The notes beneath the pieces were generated by a model. That model was not told the DNA's origin. It worked only from the letters and a program-made list of their open reading frames with translations, and did not search any database. A DNA stretch of 64,000 bases from Alistipes sp. Lineage in GTDB: Bacteria; Bacteroidota; Bacteroidia; Bacteroidales; Rikenellaceae. Location of the stretch: assembly GCA_017937125.1 (NCBI GenBank), contig JAGBEH010000005.1, positions 34,837-98,836 of the forward strand, given 5' to 3'. Positions 25,281 through 34,557 of the stretch are shown piece by piece (within the stretch, counting starts at the first letter, position 1; every line of letters starts with the position of its first letter). Position numbers and translations under genes: made by a program.

Positions 25281-27395
25281 TTACGATATCATCGAAAAAT
25301 CGCGCTGCCGTTCGCCCGAATATCTCCGTTTCAGCTCTTGCAGACCTGCATTTTCGGGCTTCGCGAGCGAGGGATCGTCGGCGAGCAGTTCGATGGCGGT
25401 CTGTTGCGACAGTTGCAGTATCTGCGTGTCGAGTGTCGGATTTGCAATCTTCAAATCGAATGCCGCGCCGCTCTGGAGTGTGCCGTTTATGTCGCCCGCG
25501 CCGCGCAGCTTCAGGTCGAGTTCCGCCAGACGGAACCCGTCGTTGGTCTCGCACATCGCTTCGAGACGCATACGCGCCTCCTTCGACAGCTTCTCGCCCG
25601 ACATAAGTATGCAGTATGACTGTTCGCCGCCCCGCCCTACGCGCCCGCGCAGCTGGTGGAGCTGCGACAGCCCGAACCGCTCGGCCGACTCTATGACCAT
25701 CACCGTCGCGTTGGGGACGTCTACGCCGACCTCTATGACCGACGTGGCGACGAGTATGTCCGCTTCGCCGTCCTTGAACTGGCGCATAGACTCCTCCTTG
25801 TCTTCGGGCTTCATCTGCCCGTGACAGACCGTAACCTTGTAGTCGGGCAGGGGAAAATCGCGCGAGATGGCTTCGAACCCGTCCGTCAGGTCCTTGTAGT
25901 CCATCGTCTCCGACTCTTTGATAAGCGGATAGACGACATATACCTGACGGCCTTTGGCTATCTCCTGCCGCATAAATCCGAAGAGCCGCAGCCGCGCCGA
26001 GTCGTAGTAGTGCACGGTCCTTATCGGGCGGCGGAGAGGCGGCAGCTCGTCTATCACCGAGACATCCAAATCGCCGTAGAGCGTCATTGCGAGGGTGCGG
26101 GGTATCGGGGTGGCTGTCATTACGAGAATATGGGGCGGCTGGAGATTTTTCGTCCACATCCGCGCCCGCTGCTCGACGCCGAAACGGTGTTGCTCGTCTA
26201 TCACCACGAATCCCAAATTCGCGAACCGCACCTTATCCTCTATGAGTGCGTGGGTGCCTATAAGTATGTTCACCTCTCCGTCGGCGGCACCTGCGAGCGA
26301 GGCTTTGCGCTCTTTGGATTTCGATGCGCCCGTAAGTATCGCCACGCGTATGTCGAGCCCCTCGACCATTCGCGAAACGGTGGCGAAGTGTTGCCGCGCG
26401 AGGATCTCGGTCGGCGCCATCATACAGGCCTGATAGCCGTTATCGACGGCAAGCAGCATCGACAGCAGCGCCACGACCGTCTTGCCGCTGCCGACATCCC
26501 CCTGCAACAGACGGTTCATCTGGTAGCCTGAAATCGTATCCTGCCGTATCTCCTTGACGACGCGTTTCTGCGCCCCCGTCAGCGGGAACGGCAATTTGGT
26601 GTTGTAGAACGAGTTGAACATCTCTCCGACCTTCGGAAACAGAAATCCGTTGCGGCGTGCCATACGCTGCGTGCGGTGCGACTGGATATTGAGCTGAATG
26701 CCTAACAGTTCCTCGAACTTCAGCCGATACTGCGCCTGCCGCAGCAATTCGGGCGACTGCGGAAAGTGGATATTGCGCAGGGCTTCGCGAAGCGGCATAA
26801 GTCCGTAGCGCTTCATCAACTGCTCTGGCAGGGTCTCCTCGATGCGGTTCGCCGCGATGTTCCACAGATTGCAGATTATGTTGTAGAACCCTTTGGTGCC
26901 GAGAGATCCCGACAGCTTTTCGGTCGTGGAGTATATGCCCTGCAAGCCGCTTTCGGCCTTGCGGGCGAGGGCTTTTTCGATATTCTCGACTTCGGGATGC
27001 ACCATCGACAGCTCGCCGCGCCAGAACGACGGGCGGCCGAACACGAGATATTCGCGTCCGACCTCGATACGCTTTTCTATCCACTTTATGCCGCGAAACC
27101 AGATGAGTTCGGCCGAGCCCGTGCCGTCCGAGACGAAGACCGAGAAACGTCGCTTGCTGCCCGAACCCGCGAACCCGATGCCCGTAACGCGTGCGCGGAA
27201 CTGCACGAACGAGGTGCCGAGATTTTCGTCTATTTCGCCTATGGAATAGATTTTCGTGCGGTCGATATATCTGAACGGGAAGCAGTAGAGCATATCGCGC
27301 ATAGTGGCGATGCCCAACTCCTTGTCGAGAAGTTTTGCACGCGCCTCGCCGACACCCGCGACGAACTTTATGTCGTTATCGAGAAACTGTCCCAC
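25281..27395 (-). CDS. recG: ATP-dependent DNA helicase RecG
   Basis: LLQGDVGSGKT, MAPTEILARQH, IDEQHRFG, MTATPIPRTL, QLRGRVGRG and DLKLRGAGD; start moved to GTG 27395. Confidence 0.97.
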   Translation of the reverse strand: MGQFLDNDIKFVAGVGEARAKLLDKELGIATMRDMLYCFPFRYIDRTKIYSIGEIDENLGTSFVQFRARVTGIGFAGSGSKRRFSVFVSDGTGSAELIWFRGIKWIEKRIEVGREYLVFGRPSFWRGELSMVHPEVENIEKALARKAESGLQGIYSTTEKLSGSLGTKGFYNIICNLWNIAANRIEETLPEQLMKRYGLMPLREALRNIHFPQSPELLRQAQYRLKFEELLGIQLNIQSHRTQRMARRNGFLFPKVGEMFNSFYNTKLPFPLTGAQKRVVKEIRQDTISGYQMNRLLQGDVGSGKTVVALLSMLLAVDNGYQACMMAPTEILARQHFATVSRMVEGLDIRVAILTGASKSKERKASLAGAADGEVNILIGTHALIEDKVRFANLGFVVIDEQHRFGVEQRARMWTKNLQPPHILVMTATPIPRTLAMTLYGDLDVSVIDELPPLRRPIRTVHYYDSARLRLFGFMRQEIAKGRQVYVVYPLIKESETMDYKDLTDGFEAISRDFPLPDYKVTVCHGQMKPEDKEESMRQFKDGEADILVATSVIEVGVDVPNATVMVIESAERFGLSQLHQLRGRVGRGGEQSYCILMSGEKLSKEARMRLEAMCETNDGFRLAELDLKLRGAGDINGTLQSGAAFDLKIANPTLDTQILQLSQQTAIELLADDPSLAKPENAGLQELKRRYSGERQRDFSMIS

Positions 27396-27399
27396 AATA

Positions 27400-27466
27400 C
27401 AAAGATACGAATAAGCGAGGGCAATGCCAAATTTATTTGAGCATTGCCGAGCGGGAGTATTTTTTC
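27400..27466 (-). repeat. Palindromic repeat element that contains a full TTTG-N20-TATCTTTG promoter for recG
   Basis: GGCAATGCCAAAT-TT-ATTTGAGCATTGCC hairpin; minus-strand TTTG at 27431-27428 and TATCTTTG at 27407-27400. Confidence 0.6.
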
Positions 27467-27525
27467 GGCGAGTCTTCGCGGGGCGAAGTTGCGGGGCGAA
27501 AAATATTTCAGCCGATAAACGGTTC

Positions 27526-28071
27526 CGCAATCTTTAGATTGCGCATCTTCTGCGGCTCGGCCGAAGGCCGACCCCCGCAGCCGCAGAAGATGAATGCGGA
27601 GAAGATTTCGGATGGCTATTTCAGGTACGAGCGAAGAGAAAAGTAATAAACAAAAATACCCCGCGCGGATAGCGCGGGTTCAGATAAACCGCACCGCGAA
27701 CTTTAAGGATCAGTTCGGAGTGCAGTCGAACGAAATGCGAAGGAGACAATTTGTTTACAAATTTGCGTAGCATCCTGAGCCGTTCGACAAACGAACGAAC
27801 CCGCGAAAGTTCGCATTGCGGGAGTTTTGGGTACCTTTTGCGGTCAAAAGGTACGAAGGAAATAAAGAATTTTGCGGTCAAAAGTGGCAAAGAAAAAATT
27901 CGCGGACAAAAGGTACAAAAGAAAAGAACTTTTGCAGGCAAAGTCTGCAATTCTTGCAGATTGTGCGCCCCGCAACTTTGCCTCGCAAAAAAGCCGCTTG
28001 CCGTTCGCAATCTGCGTTCGCAAAAATGAATATCCGCGGCGAGCGGGAAGCATAATACGGGAAGCATAATA
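27526..28071. repeat. About 550-bp palindrome-dense intergenic element (MITE/REP-like or structured RNA)
   Basis: At least eight inverted repeats, including 14-bp and 10-bp perfect arms, a duplicated 15-mer and a tandem 14-mer. Confidence 0.6.
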
Positions 28072-28183
28072 AGAGACATAATAATAGAATTAAAAAACCG
28101 CCGTTAGGTGCGGCGTAGCGAAAAGTTTCTTAATTTTGTCTGCGAAACGGAAACGGTTTAAAATCTGCAAAACGGTTGAAAAG

Positions 28184-29800
28184 ATGAATATCGAAAAGTT
28201 TTCGCGCCGCTCCACCGATGAGGTGCGCATAGGCCGCTGCGTTATCGGCGGCGACCGTCCGATTGCGGTGCAGTCGATGACCAATACGCCTACCGCCGAC
28301 ACCGAAGCGAGCGTGGCGCAGATCGAGCGCATAGCACGTGTGGGTGCTGACATCGTGCGGCTGACGGCGCAGGGACGCTGCGAGGGCGAAAATCTGAAAA
28401 ACATAGTCGAATGTCTGCGCGCCGACGGGTTCGATACGGCCGTCGTGGCCGACATCCATTTCGTACCCGAAGTGGCGGCCATAGCAGCCCGCTATGTCGA
28501 TAAGGTGCGCATAAACCCCGGAAATTATCGGACGTCGAACGGCGAACTGGAGGCTCTTATCGCCGAGTGCCGCGAGCGCGGCGTCGCGTTGCGCATAGGG
28601 GTGAACCACGGTTCGCTGGCCAAACATATCTTCGACGAGTGGGGCGACACGCCGCAAGGTATGGTCGCTTCGGCTATGGAGTTTTTGCGCGTATGCCGCA
28701 GGGAGGGTTTCGACAGGGTCGTCGTTTCGATGAAGTCGAGCAATACGCGCGTTATGGTCTATGCCTATCGCCTGCTGGTCGAGGCTATGGATGCCGAAGA
28801 TATGCACTATCCCATACATCTCGGCGTAACCGAAGCGGGTGACGGCATCGAGGGGCGTATCAAGAGCGCGGTGGGCATAGGCGCCCTGTTGGCCGACGGC
28901 ATAGGCGACACGATACGCGTCTCGCTGACCGAAGCGCCCGAGAACGAGGTGCCCGTAGCGCAGCTGTTGGTCGATCACTTCGCCCGCCGCGGAGGCGTGT
29001 TCCGTGTCGATGACGGATCGTTCTGGTCTCCGTTCGAATACAGACGCCGCAGTGATGTGGCGACGCCCGTCGTGCACGATGAGATAACGTCGGAGTTCCG
29101 TGTAATGGAGGCCGTCTCCGAAAATCCTACCGCCGAACTGCGTGCCGCGATACTCAATCTCGGGACCCGCGAACCCGTCGCGGTAAAGCGCCGCTACGAC
29201 GATGCGTCGCTCGAAGCGGTGGCCGTCAAGGCCGCGGCCGATTTGGGCGTATTGTTCATCGACGGCCTTGCCGACGGCATATGGATAGACGCCCCGCAGC
29301 ATCCGTCGGAGCGGCTGCGCGAGATAGAACTTGCGATATTGCAGGCCGCACGAGTGAGAATGTCCCGCACGGAGTATATTGCCTGCCCGAGCTGCGGGCG
29401 TACGCTTTACGACATTCAGACCGCACTGGCCGAAATCAAGGCGCGCACGTCGCATCTGAAAAATCTGAAAATAGGAGTTATGGGCTGCATCGTCAATGGG
29501 CCCGGGGAGATGGCCGATGCCGACTACGGATACGTCGGTGCGGCGGCCGGGCGCATAACCCTTTACAGGGGGCGCGAGGTCATAGAGCGGAATATCCCGC
29601 AGAACGAGGCTCTCGACCGTCTGGTCGCACTTATAAAGGCCGACGGAAAGTGGACGGAGCCCGATGCGAACGGCAGTCGGCACTCCGCGGCGGTATCCTC
29701 GTCGGCTCCGGCAGGCGCCGCGGCAGCCGATGCCGCGCAGCCCGAGAACAGTCCCGTACAACCCGACAGCGGCTCCGCAAATGAACATAACGCATTATGA
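28184..29800 (+). CDS. ispG: 4-hydroxy-3-methylbut-2-en-1-yl diphosphate synthase
   Basis: VQSMTNT, VADIHF, RINPGN, RIGVNHGS, HLGVTEAG, CPSCGRT and GVMGCIVNGPGE; TAATTTTG at 28131-28138 upstream; low-complexity C-terminal tail. Confidence 0.97.
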   Translation: MNIEKFSRRSTDEVRIGRCVIGGDRPIAVQSMTNTPTADTEASVAQIERIARVGADIVRLTAQGRCEGENLKNIVECLRADGFDTAVVADIHFVPEVAAIAARYVDKVRINPGNYRTSNGELEALIAECRERGVALRIGVNHGSLAKHIFDEWGDTPQGMVASAMEFLRVCRREGFDRVVVSMKSSNTRVMVYAYRLLVEAMDAEDMHYPIHLGVTEAGDGIEGRIKSAVGIGALLADGIGDTIRVSLTEAPENEVPVAQLLVDHFARRGGVFRVDDGSFWSPFEYRRRSDVATPVVHDEITSEFRVMEAVSENPTAELRAAILNLGTREPVAVKRRYDDASLEAVAVKAAADLGVLFIDGLADGIWIDAPQHPSERLREIELAILQAARVRMSRTEYIACPSCGRTLYDIQTALAEIKARTSHLKNLKIGVMGCIVNGPGEMADADYGYVGAAAGRITLYRGREVIERNIPQNEALDRLVALIKADGKWTEPDANGSRHSAAVSSSAPAGAAAADAAQPENSPVQPDSGSANEHNAL

Positions 29801-30402
29801 TAATCCTCCCTTCGACATATCTCGGCTCGGTCGAGTATTTCGCCGCGCTGGCGCAGCACGGCGGCGAGTGCGTAATCGATACGTGCGAACACTACATAAA
29901 GCGCACCGAACGCAACCGCGCGCGGATTATGACGGCCAACGGAGTGATGCCGCTGTCGGTGCACATACGCAATGCCGACCGTCCGCGTACGCCGATGCGC
30001 GACATACGCATCGACTATTCGAAACGGTGGCAGCATCTTCATTCGGTGGCTTTGCGGTCGGCATACGGGTCGTCCCCCTATTTCGAACATTATGCGCCCG
30101 AAATAGAGCCGTTCTATGAAAAACGCTACGAGTTCCTGCTCGATTACAATACCGAGCTGACGGCTTTGCTGCTGCGTTTGGGACACGTCGGGGGCGAACT
30201 GAAATTGTCGGATGCGTATGTCGAGGCTGCGCCCGACGATACGGATATGCGCGTAAAAAAACGGGAGAGCGCGTTCGTCTACCCCGAATATTTCCAACTC
30301 TTTTCCGACAGGCTTCCTTTCGCTCCGAATCTGTCGTTCATCGACCTGCTCTTCTCGGAGGGGCCGTCGTCTATCGATGTTTTAAGACGTTGCCGATTGT
30401 AA
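29797..30402 (+). CDS. WbqC-like family protein
   Basis: YIKRTERNR, WQHLHSVALRSAYGSSPYFEHY and NLSFIDLLFSEGP. Confidence 0.85.
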   Translation: MIILPSTYLGSVEYFAALAQHGGECVIDTCEHYIKRTERNRARIMTANGVMPLSVHIRNADRPRTPMRDIRIDYSKRWQHLHSVALRSAYGSSPYFEHYAPEIEPFYEKRYEFLLDYNTELTALLLRLGHVGGELKLSDAYVEAAPDDTDMRVKKRESAFVYPEYFQLFSDRLPFAPNLSFIDLLFSEGPSSIDVLRRCRL

Positions 30403-32353
30403 GCGTCGTGCGGTCGGCCATATCTCCTGCCGTTACCTCTATCGTGCTGCGTCCCTGCATCGCTGTCGAATCCGATTCGTAGCGGCAGCGCCCGACATTG
30501 TGTATGCGTACGGTGTCGCCGTTGATCGTCAGTGTCGGGTTTTCGAGCGACGAGTAGAACCGCACGGTCTGGTTCGTGCGCGTACGGTGCTGGAACTGCT
30601 TGTTCTTTATATGCAGCGTCGGCGACGAGGTGTTCCAGAGTGCGCGGTAGAGATAATATATGTCTTTAGGCTGTTTGTGGTCGAGCGACACCAGCCCCGC
30701 GTTCTGAACGGATGTCAGATAGCGCGTCGAGCCGAAGTCGAACATATTGTTTATCCAGATGCCCCAGAACAGCGTGTTGTCCGACAGCTGATCGACATAC
30801 CCTTCGTGGAAGCGCGTCTGCCATATTTCGGGTCTCGGGTTCTGGCGGTTCTTTTTCCTCACGGCTATGTCCGACGGCTGCCCGACGGCGTCGCCCGCAC
30901 CGTAGCATACGGCCTGTTTGAGGTGCCCCCACTGTGCCTCGAGCAGCTCCTGCCATATTTTCAGGTCGGAGACCAACCCCTTGTCCCAGCCGAGGCTCTG
31001 CTGCCATACTATCAGGTCGGTGATGAAGTTTATGTCGCCGTCCTGATTGCTGCAAGCGACGGTCGGCCGCGACGGGTCGAGTTTTTTTGCCAGGTCGTTC
31101 AACTCGCGTATGTAGGCGAGGAGGTCGCCGCCCCTGCGGGGTTTGAGCAACGAGAATATGCCCCACATCGCCACCGACGGATGGTTGTAGTTCTGCGCTA
31201 TGATTTCATACAGCTGCATGCGCCCGTTATCCTTGAGCCGCTGCGAGGGAATGTAGGCTATGTCGCCCAAAAACGATGTCTGTGTCAGCGGGAAATCTAT
31301 CCATACGAGCATCCCCAGTTCGTCGCAACGGTCGTAAAGATAGGGTGCGTGCGGTGCCGTGGCCGAACGCAGGGCATTGGCTCCCAAATCGCGGATCATC
31401 TGCAAATCCTCGTCGTAGTCGCTTTCGCGCAAGGCATTGCCTACGGGTGTGCGGTCGTGGTATAGCGTTACGCCGCGGACGGGTACGGTGCGCCCGTTCA
31501 GGTGGAAACGGTTTTCGGCCGTTACGTCGATACTGCGGAATCCCGTTTTTATTCGTAGCGTATCGCTGCCCGCGACGGCTTCTACGGTGTAGAGTTTCGG
31601 GTCGCAGAGGCTCCACAGTTCGGGGTTCTCGATTGCGAAAGGTATCGTTACGGCCTTGCCGTCGGTCTTCGCCCGCAGACTCTTGCGTACGACAACATAG
31701 CCGTCGGGACCCGTCAGCGATACGCCGACGTTGCACGCCGCGTCTTTTGTCGAGGAGAGGTAGAGGGTGATGCTCCCGTCCACGCGTTCGCGCGTGACTG
31801 AGGTCTGATTGACGAGCAGGCCGTCGGTGCCGTAAAACATCGGGGTTATCGTCGTGCGGTCGGTCACGATAAGCTCCGCATCGCGGTATATTCCGCCGTA
31901 GGTGTTCATCTCCGTCGAGAGCGGGAAGATGTCGTTTTCGAGCGTGTTGCTCACCATAACGTGCAGCGAGTTGTCGTAGTCGTAGCGCACCAGATCGGTG
32001 ATTTCGAACGTAAAGGCCGTGTATCCGCCGCGGTGCTCGCCCGCGTGTTCGCCGTTTACGAAGACGTCGGCCACGTTCTGCACGCCGAAAAAGCGCAGGA
32101 ACAGTCGTTTGTCCCGCCATTCGGAGGGTATGTAAAGGTCGCGCAGGTAGTTGGCCGTGGTCTGCATATAGTACCGCGTGCCTGTCAGCGCGTCGAGGTT
32201 CCACGTGTGTGGAAGAGTGACCGTACGTGCGGCGTCGCCCGTGTTTTCGTGACGGAAAAAGAATTTCCAGTTGTCGTTGAGCGAATAGACTTCGCGCGCC
32301 TCGGCCGCCCCGATAAACATAACGGACAGCAGTATAATGATATAGCGTTTCAT
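30371..32353 (-). CDS. Secreted GH2 (beta-galactosidase/glucuronidase-like) fold protein lacking both catalytic glutamates
   Basis: SLNDNWKF, VTLPHTWN, GEHRGGYTAF, YGGIYRD, LWSLCDPKLY and GFRSI; NE replaced by SL and SEYGA replaced by VCYGA. Confidence 0.88.
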   Translation of the reverse strand: MKRYIIILLSVMFIGAAEAREVYSLNDNWKFFFRHENTGDAARTVTLPHTWNLDALTGTRYYMQTTANYLRDLYIPSEWRDKRLFLRFFGVQNVADVFVNGEHAGEHRGGYTAFTFEITDLVRYDYDNSLHVMVSNTLENDIFPLSTEMNTYGGIYRDAELIVTDRTTITPMFYGTDGLLVNQTSVTRERVDGSITLYLSSTKDAACNVGVSLTGPDGYVVVRKSLRAKTDGKAVTIPFAIENPELWSLCDPKLYTVEAVAGSDTLRIKTGFRSIDVTAENRFHLNGRTVPVRGVTLYHDRTPVGNALRESDYDEDLQMIRDLGANALRSATAPHAPYLYDRCDELGMLVWIDFPLTQTSFLGDIAYIPSQRLKDNGRMQLYEIIAQNYNHPSVAMWGIFSLLKPRRGGDLLAYIRELNDLAKKLDPSRPTVACSNQDGDINFITDLIVWQQSLGWDKGLVSDLKIWQELLEAQWGHLKQAVCYGAGDAVGQPSDIAVRKKNRQNPRPEIWQTRFHEGYVDQLSDNTLFWGIWINNMFDFGSTRYLTSVQNAGLVSLDHKQPKDIYYLYRALWNTSSPTLHIKNKQFQHRTRTNQTVRFYSSLENPTLTINGDTVRIHNVGRCRYESDSTAMQGRSTIEVTAGDMADRTTLTIGNVLKHR

Positions 32354-32431
32354 ATCGGGCCTCTTTTGTTATGCAAATATAGGAATAAACCAAAAAATAT
32401 GCTAACTTCGTGCGCATATTGAGATAGAGCT

Positions 32432-32947
32432 ATGAACATTTTCGACATATTTGTTTGCATAATAGCGGTTATCGCCGTCATTAACGGATGGCGGCGCGGG
32501 TTCGCGGTGCAGGCATGCGGGCTGGCCGCCTTGATCGTCGGCATTTTCGTCGCGGCGAAAACGGGTGCGCGCGTCGGTACCGCTATGGGGGTGGATGAAC
32601 GTTTCGCCGCTGCGGCGGGATTTCTCGTCGTCTTCGCCTGCATACTCGTACTTATGCTTATCGCCGGACGCATCATACGCAAGATGTTCGATTTCGTCGG
32701 GTTGGGCATACTCGACACCGTTTTCGGGGTGATATTTTCGCTGCTCAAATCGGCTTTGATACTCGGCATTTTATGCTCGGCGTTCGACAGACTGAACGGC
32801 GACGGGCGCTTCGTGTCGAAACGGAAACTCGACAGCTCGATTGCCTATCGGCCGTTGTGCGATGCCGTCGAGGCATTCGGAATATGGGGGCGCGCCGTCG
32901 GCGAGGAGGCCGACAGGATAGCGGATAAGGCTGTGCGGAATATTTGA
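32432..32947 (+). CDS. cvpA: CvpA-family membrane protein
   Basis: FDIFV...GWRRGF and LDTVFGVIFSLLK; four TMs. Confidence 0.85.
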   Translation: MNIFDIFVCIIAVIAVINGWRRGFAVQACGLAALIVGIFVAAKTGARVGTAMGVDERFAAAAGFLVVFACILVLMLIAGRIIRKMFDFVGLGILDTVFGVIFSLLKSALILGILCSAFDRLNGDGRFVSKRKLDSSIAYRPLCDAVEAFGIWGRAVGEEADRIADKAVRNI

Positions 32948-32951
32948 GATT

Positions 32952-33884
32952 ATGGAGGACGGGACCGCAATGACAGGCACGGTGATACGTGCTACGGGCA
33001 GCTGGTACGATGTGGCTGCGGAGAACGGCGAAGTGCGCAAGTGCCGTATGCGCGGCCGTATGCGCCTGCGCGGTGTGCGGTCTACCAACCCCGTAGTGGT
33101 AGGCGATGTCGTTGAGTTCGCGTGCGACGGCGACGATTGCGTTATCGAGGGGCTGCGCCCGCGTCGCAATTATATCATACGCCGTGCGTCCAACCTCTCG
33201 AAGGAGTCGCATATCATCGCGGCCAATATAGACAGGGCATTGCTCGTCGCGACGCTCGTCTCGCCCGTTACGGCGCCCGAGTTCATCGACCGCTTTCTGG
33301 TTACGTGCGAAGCCTACCGCATTCCCGCGACTATCCTCCTCGCCAAAATCGACCTCGCCGCCGATATGAAGGAGGAGATCGCACGATTCCGTTCGACATA
33401 CGGCAGCGCGGGATACGAGGTCGTGGAGATATCTGCCAAATACGGTGCGGGAATGGACGAGGTGCGGCGTCTGACGGCCGAGGGTACGACCCTCGTGGCT
33501 GGCAATTCGGGTGTCGGCAAATCGACCCTTATCGGGGCGCTGTGTCCGTCGGAGCGGATTCGTGTCGGCGAAATATCCCGCAGCCACGACAAGGGATGCC
33601 ACACGACGACATTTTCGACGATGTATGCGCTCGATTCGGGCGGCTTCATCATCGACACCCCGGGGATCAAAGGTTTCGGCCTGATAGACATCGACGATGC
33701 CGAGCTGTGCCGTTATTTCCCCGATATGATGCGCTTCGCGCCGCAGTGCCGTTTCTGCAACTGCACCCATACGCACGAACCGCATTGCGCCGTGGCGGAG
33801 GCCGTGGAGCGTGGAGAGATAGCCTTTTCGCGCTACGAAAGTTATCTGAAAATTCTGGATGAGGATGAAAAGTATCGGAAATAG
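32952..33884 (+). CDS. rsgA: Ribosome small subunit-dependent GTPase A
   Basis: GNSGVGKST, GCHTTT, IDTPGIK and the zinc finger CRFCNCTHTHEPHC. Confidence 0.96.
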   Translation: MEDGTAMTGTVIRATGSWYDVAAENGEVRKCRMRGRMRLRGVRSTNPVVVGDVVEFACDGDDCVIEGLRPRRNYIIRRASNLSKESHIIAANIDRALLVATLVSPVTAPEFIDRFLVTCEAYRIPATILLAKIDLAADMKEEIARFRSTYGSAGYEVVEISAKYGAGMDEVRRLTAEGTTLVAGNSGVGKSTLIGALCPSERIRVGEISRSHDKGCHTTTFSTMYALDSGGFIIDTPGIKGFGLIDIDDAELCRYFPDMMRFAPQCRFCNCTHTHEPHCAVAEAVERGEIAFSRYESYLKILDEDEKYRK

Positions 33885-34557
33885 CCCGCGTACCGCGGAA
33901 TGGTACGCCGAACGCACGGATTATCTGGCGGAGTTCCTGTCGCCCGAGCGTGCGGAGACTTTGCGCCGTGCCGTCTCGATGCGCACGCATTATATGACCG
34001 TTATGGCCGAAAACACCTTTCATCCCCATAATGCGAGCGCGCTGGTACGCCATTGCGAAGCGTTCGGCGTGCAGAAGATGCATACCGTGGAATCGTTGTG
34101 CCGCTTCGACCCGAGCACGAATATAGTGCGCGGCACCGACAAGTGGGTCGATATAGAACGTCATGCGTCCACTGCCGACGCTTTGGCCGCCCTGCGCCGC
34201 GACGGGTATCGCATAGTCGCGACCACGCCCCACCGCGAAAGCTGTACGCCCGAGACGTTCGATGTCGGCAGGGGACGGTTCGCCTTGGTTTTCGGCACGG
34301 AGCACGCGGGCATCACCGACGAGGTGACGGCTTCGGCCGACGAGTTCCTGCGCATACCTATGTGCGGGATGGTCGAGAGCCTGAACGTCTCGGCTTCGGC
34401 CGCCATATTGATATATATGCTTTCGGAGCGTATGCGCCGCGAGGTCGGGGAGTGGCGGCTCTCGGAGACGGAACGGGCGGAGATACTCTACCGCTGGAGC
34501 CGCGAATGCGTTAAGGATTCGGAACTCATACTGAAAAGAAAATACGGAGAGATATGA
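33859..34557 (+). CDS. SpoU/TrmH-family tRNA/rRNA 2'-O-methyltransferase
   Basis: HPHNASALVRHCEAFG, FGTEHAG and IPMCGMVESLNVSASAA. Confidence 0.92.
   Translation: MRMKSIGNSPRTAEWYAERTDYLAEFLSPERAETLRRAVSMRTHYMTVMAENTFHPHNASALVRHCEAFGVQKMHTVESLCRFDPSTNIVRGTDKWVDIERHASTADALAALRRDGYRIVATTPHRESCTPETFDVGRGRFALVFGTEHAGITDEVTASADEFLRIPMCGMVESLNVSASAAILIYMLSERMRREVGEWRLSETERAEILYRWSRECVKDSELILKRKYGEI

Noticed and set aside
29655-29800. Low-complexity C-terminal extension of IspG as a new domain
   Set aside because: It is an A/S/P-rich tail typical of stop-codon drift in GC-rich genomes. Similar tails occur on other genes here.
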